From: Chlorokybus atmophyticus
Taxonomy: Eukaryota > Plantae > Mesostigma and Chlorokybus algae
Assembly: GCA_009103225.1 (NCBI GenBank)
Contig: RHPI01003511.1
Coordinates: forward strand, 1-64,000
DNA length: 64,000 bases
Reading direction: 5' to 3'
Of this stretch, positions 62,279 to 64,000 are shown in pieces. The first letter of the stretch is position 1. Each line of letters opens with the position of its first letter. The translations under genes and the position numbers were made by a program. The notes under the pieces are model-generated. The model made no database searches and was not told the DNA's origin. It was given only the letters and a program-made list of their open reading frames with translations.

Positions 62279-63701
62279 GGGCTCTTCTTAACACAGGCCC
62301 CTCACGCCCTTTGTATCAAGGAGGCTTATGTTCGGGAGAGGCTTGTAATGGGGTAAGGGGGCTTCTATTCGGATGAAACAAGCTTTGTCAACGCAACCCG
62401 CGTCCAATAGGTGTATCTGCCCGGGCAAATGGCCCCACGTGACGCATGCCAGTGGGGTCTTGCAAATGGTTAGAGGGGGGTGAGGGTGGGGGTGGGGGTG
62501 GGGGTGGGGGTGGGAATACCATATGGGTAGTTATGATGGTCGCCTTAACCGTGAACCGCATGCTTATGTAAGTGCACGCATGAGTATTACTACGCGCGAG
62601 CAACGAAATGGCTGTACATTAACACTTCATGATTGCAATGACACTCAACACCTACCAATCAGCATAGATGGTATATATTAGGTGATGTGGTTATTTGAAG
62701 AGAAGAAAGGTACAACCGACTCTGCATAATATGGCCAAAGTGAACAGGTGTAATACTACGCCAGCATGTGTGATTAGCCTCAAGAATAGTACGCAACATG
62801 AGACACGGAGAATAGGGACAGACTTAAGAGGCCCGAAGATAAATGGTGACATCATGCATGCAAAGCTCGTGCCTTTTGAAAATGATCAAACACACGTAAG
62901 TAAAGTACAAGACCAGTATGTAGTACCAATAATTAATTATAACGTAGGGCCGTAGTGCAAGTGCAATGAAGCACAACACGTGTACAGTCTAGCACACAAA
63001 GCTCAGCAACGCTCACATCAGCATCATTTACGTGTGTTAAATTGTTTGCTACATTCTTTGGTTTGTGCGCTCATTTGTATTTTTGGCCCAATAGCAAAAA
63101 TGAAACTTGTTTTGAAAGTTGTTTTTGTTGTTGACATCAATCGGCATGGCGGGCATCGAAAGTGCAGTAGATATATCAAGGCTTGAGTCATTCTCTCAGA
63201 TACTACTGGCTTGATTACATATAGATTGCTAGGTTTGTAGCAATTGGCACTTGGGGTGCGCCATGTTTCATGTCCTGGGTTACGCAGTGTCGTAATCGGG
63301 TGCATGTATGCAAATGGTGCTGTACCTCTTTCGACGTCACGTGAGCGACTTGACTGACGTGCCTTCCCGGCGTGGAGCGGAGTTTTATTTTCGGCCACGC
63401 AATCTCCGAGCGGCGGCGGCGACGGCGGCAGCAGCAGTGTCGTCTTTGTGGCGGACCTTGACAGCGTGGCCCGCCCAGTCACTGACGTTGGCTAATTCAG
63501 AAGGTGTCAGCAGCTGCTGGATTGGCGCGTGCTCTAGCTGAAAAGGACAAGGCCTGGGTTGAGGCAGAGGTAGAGGTGGGGAGTGGTGATTGTCACCCAG
63601 CAGGGTGGACCAAGCTTGGCTGGAGGCTTGTATAAAACCCGGGTGGATTAACCACGACACACACTCGCGTGCCTGCAACAGTCCGATAACATAAGCTAGA
63701 A

Positions 63702-63992
63702 ATGGGGTCCAATACGCGGGCTGTGCTGGGCGTGTTTGAGGCGTACCAGCGGAGCCGAGTGCAGTTCGTGCAAAGCGTCGCGGAGCTGGCCTCAAGACCA
63801 CAGGTGAGACTAGTGCATGGTGTGTGAAACTGTTTCTTGTCATAACTTCTCTTGTTTTTTGGAGAGATGCCAAATGCTAAGGGAATCAACACCTGCTGTG
63901 GTCCATTGTAGAACATTGAGGCTCTCCAGAGCGCGGGAGTAATGTCGCTGCTGCGGCCGCTGCTGCTCGACTCTGTCCCCTCCATACAGCAG
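63702..63992 (+). CDS. SPAG6: Axonemal central-pair protein PF16/SPAG6, first two exons; continues past the window
   Basis: Exons 63702-63803 and 63912-63992 give MGSNTRAVLGVFEAYQRSRVQFVQSVAELASRPQ/NIEALQSAGVMSLLRPLLLDSVPSIQQ, the SPAG6 N-terminus. Not present in the ORF track. Confidence 0.95.
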
Positions 63993-64000
63993 GTGGGTGG

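Noticed and set aside
63385-63985. Minus-strand ORFs of 162 and 130 aa
   Set aside because: Antisense shadows of SPAG6 exons and its 5' region.

Overview
Intron-rich eukaryotic DNA from a green-lineage organism. Plant-type MAP3K-epsilon, ECHIDNA/TVP23, WDR44, PLAC8 and CAD-like genes together with the flagellar gene PF16/SPAG6 suggest a flagellated streptophyte alga (inference). The window begins at what looks like a chromosome end: a 1.94-kb perfect (CCCTAA)n array joins directly into the middle of a decayed Plavaka-type (CACTA/Mirage/Chapaev-related) transposase. A second copy of part of that element lies beyond a single-N join. The window then holds GCSH, a WDR44 pseudogene, two neighbouring secreted proteins of bacterial type (S8 subtilase, Kelch protein), and a very young full-length Ty3/Gypsy chromovirus (526-bp LTRs, CGAAT TSD). 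After these come PLAC8, a CAD-like dehydrogenase, TVP23, SMU2/IK, a MAP3K-epsilon pseudokinase, a LMW-PTP and the start of SPAG6. Best leads: (1) the chromovirus has gag and pol in one frame separated by a single TAG, followed by a degenerate Dam-like adenine methyltransferase module before the protease; (2) probable telomere healing inside a transposase; (3) three head-to-head gene pairs, each with a plant-type telo-box, including a pseudokinase/phosphatase pair; (4) intron-rich genes that may be of bacterial origin. All calls are by eye from motifs and manual splicing; no searches were run.
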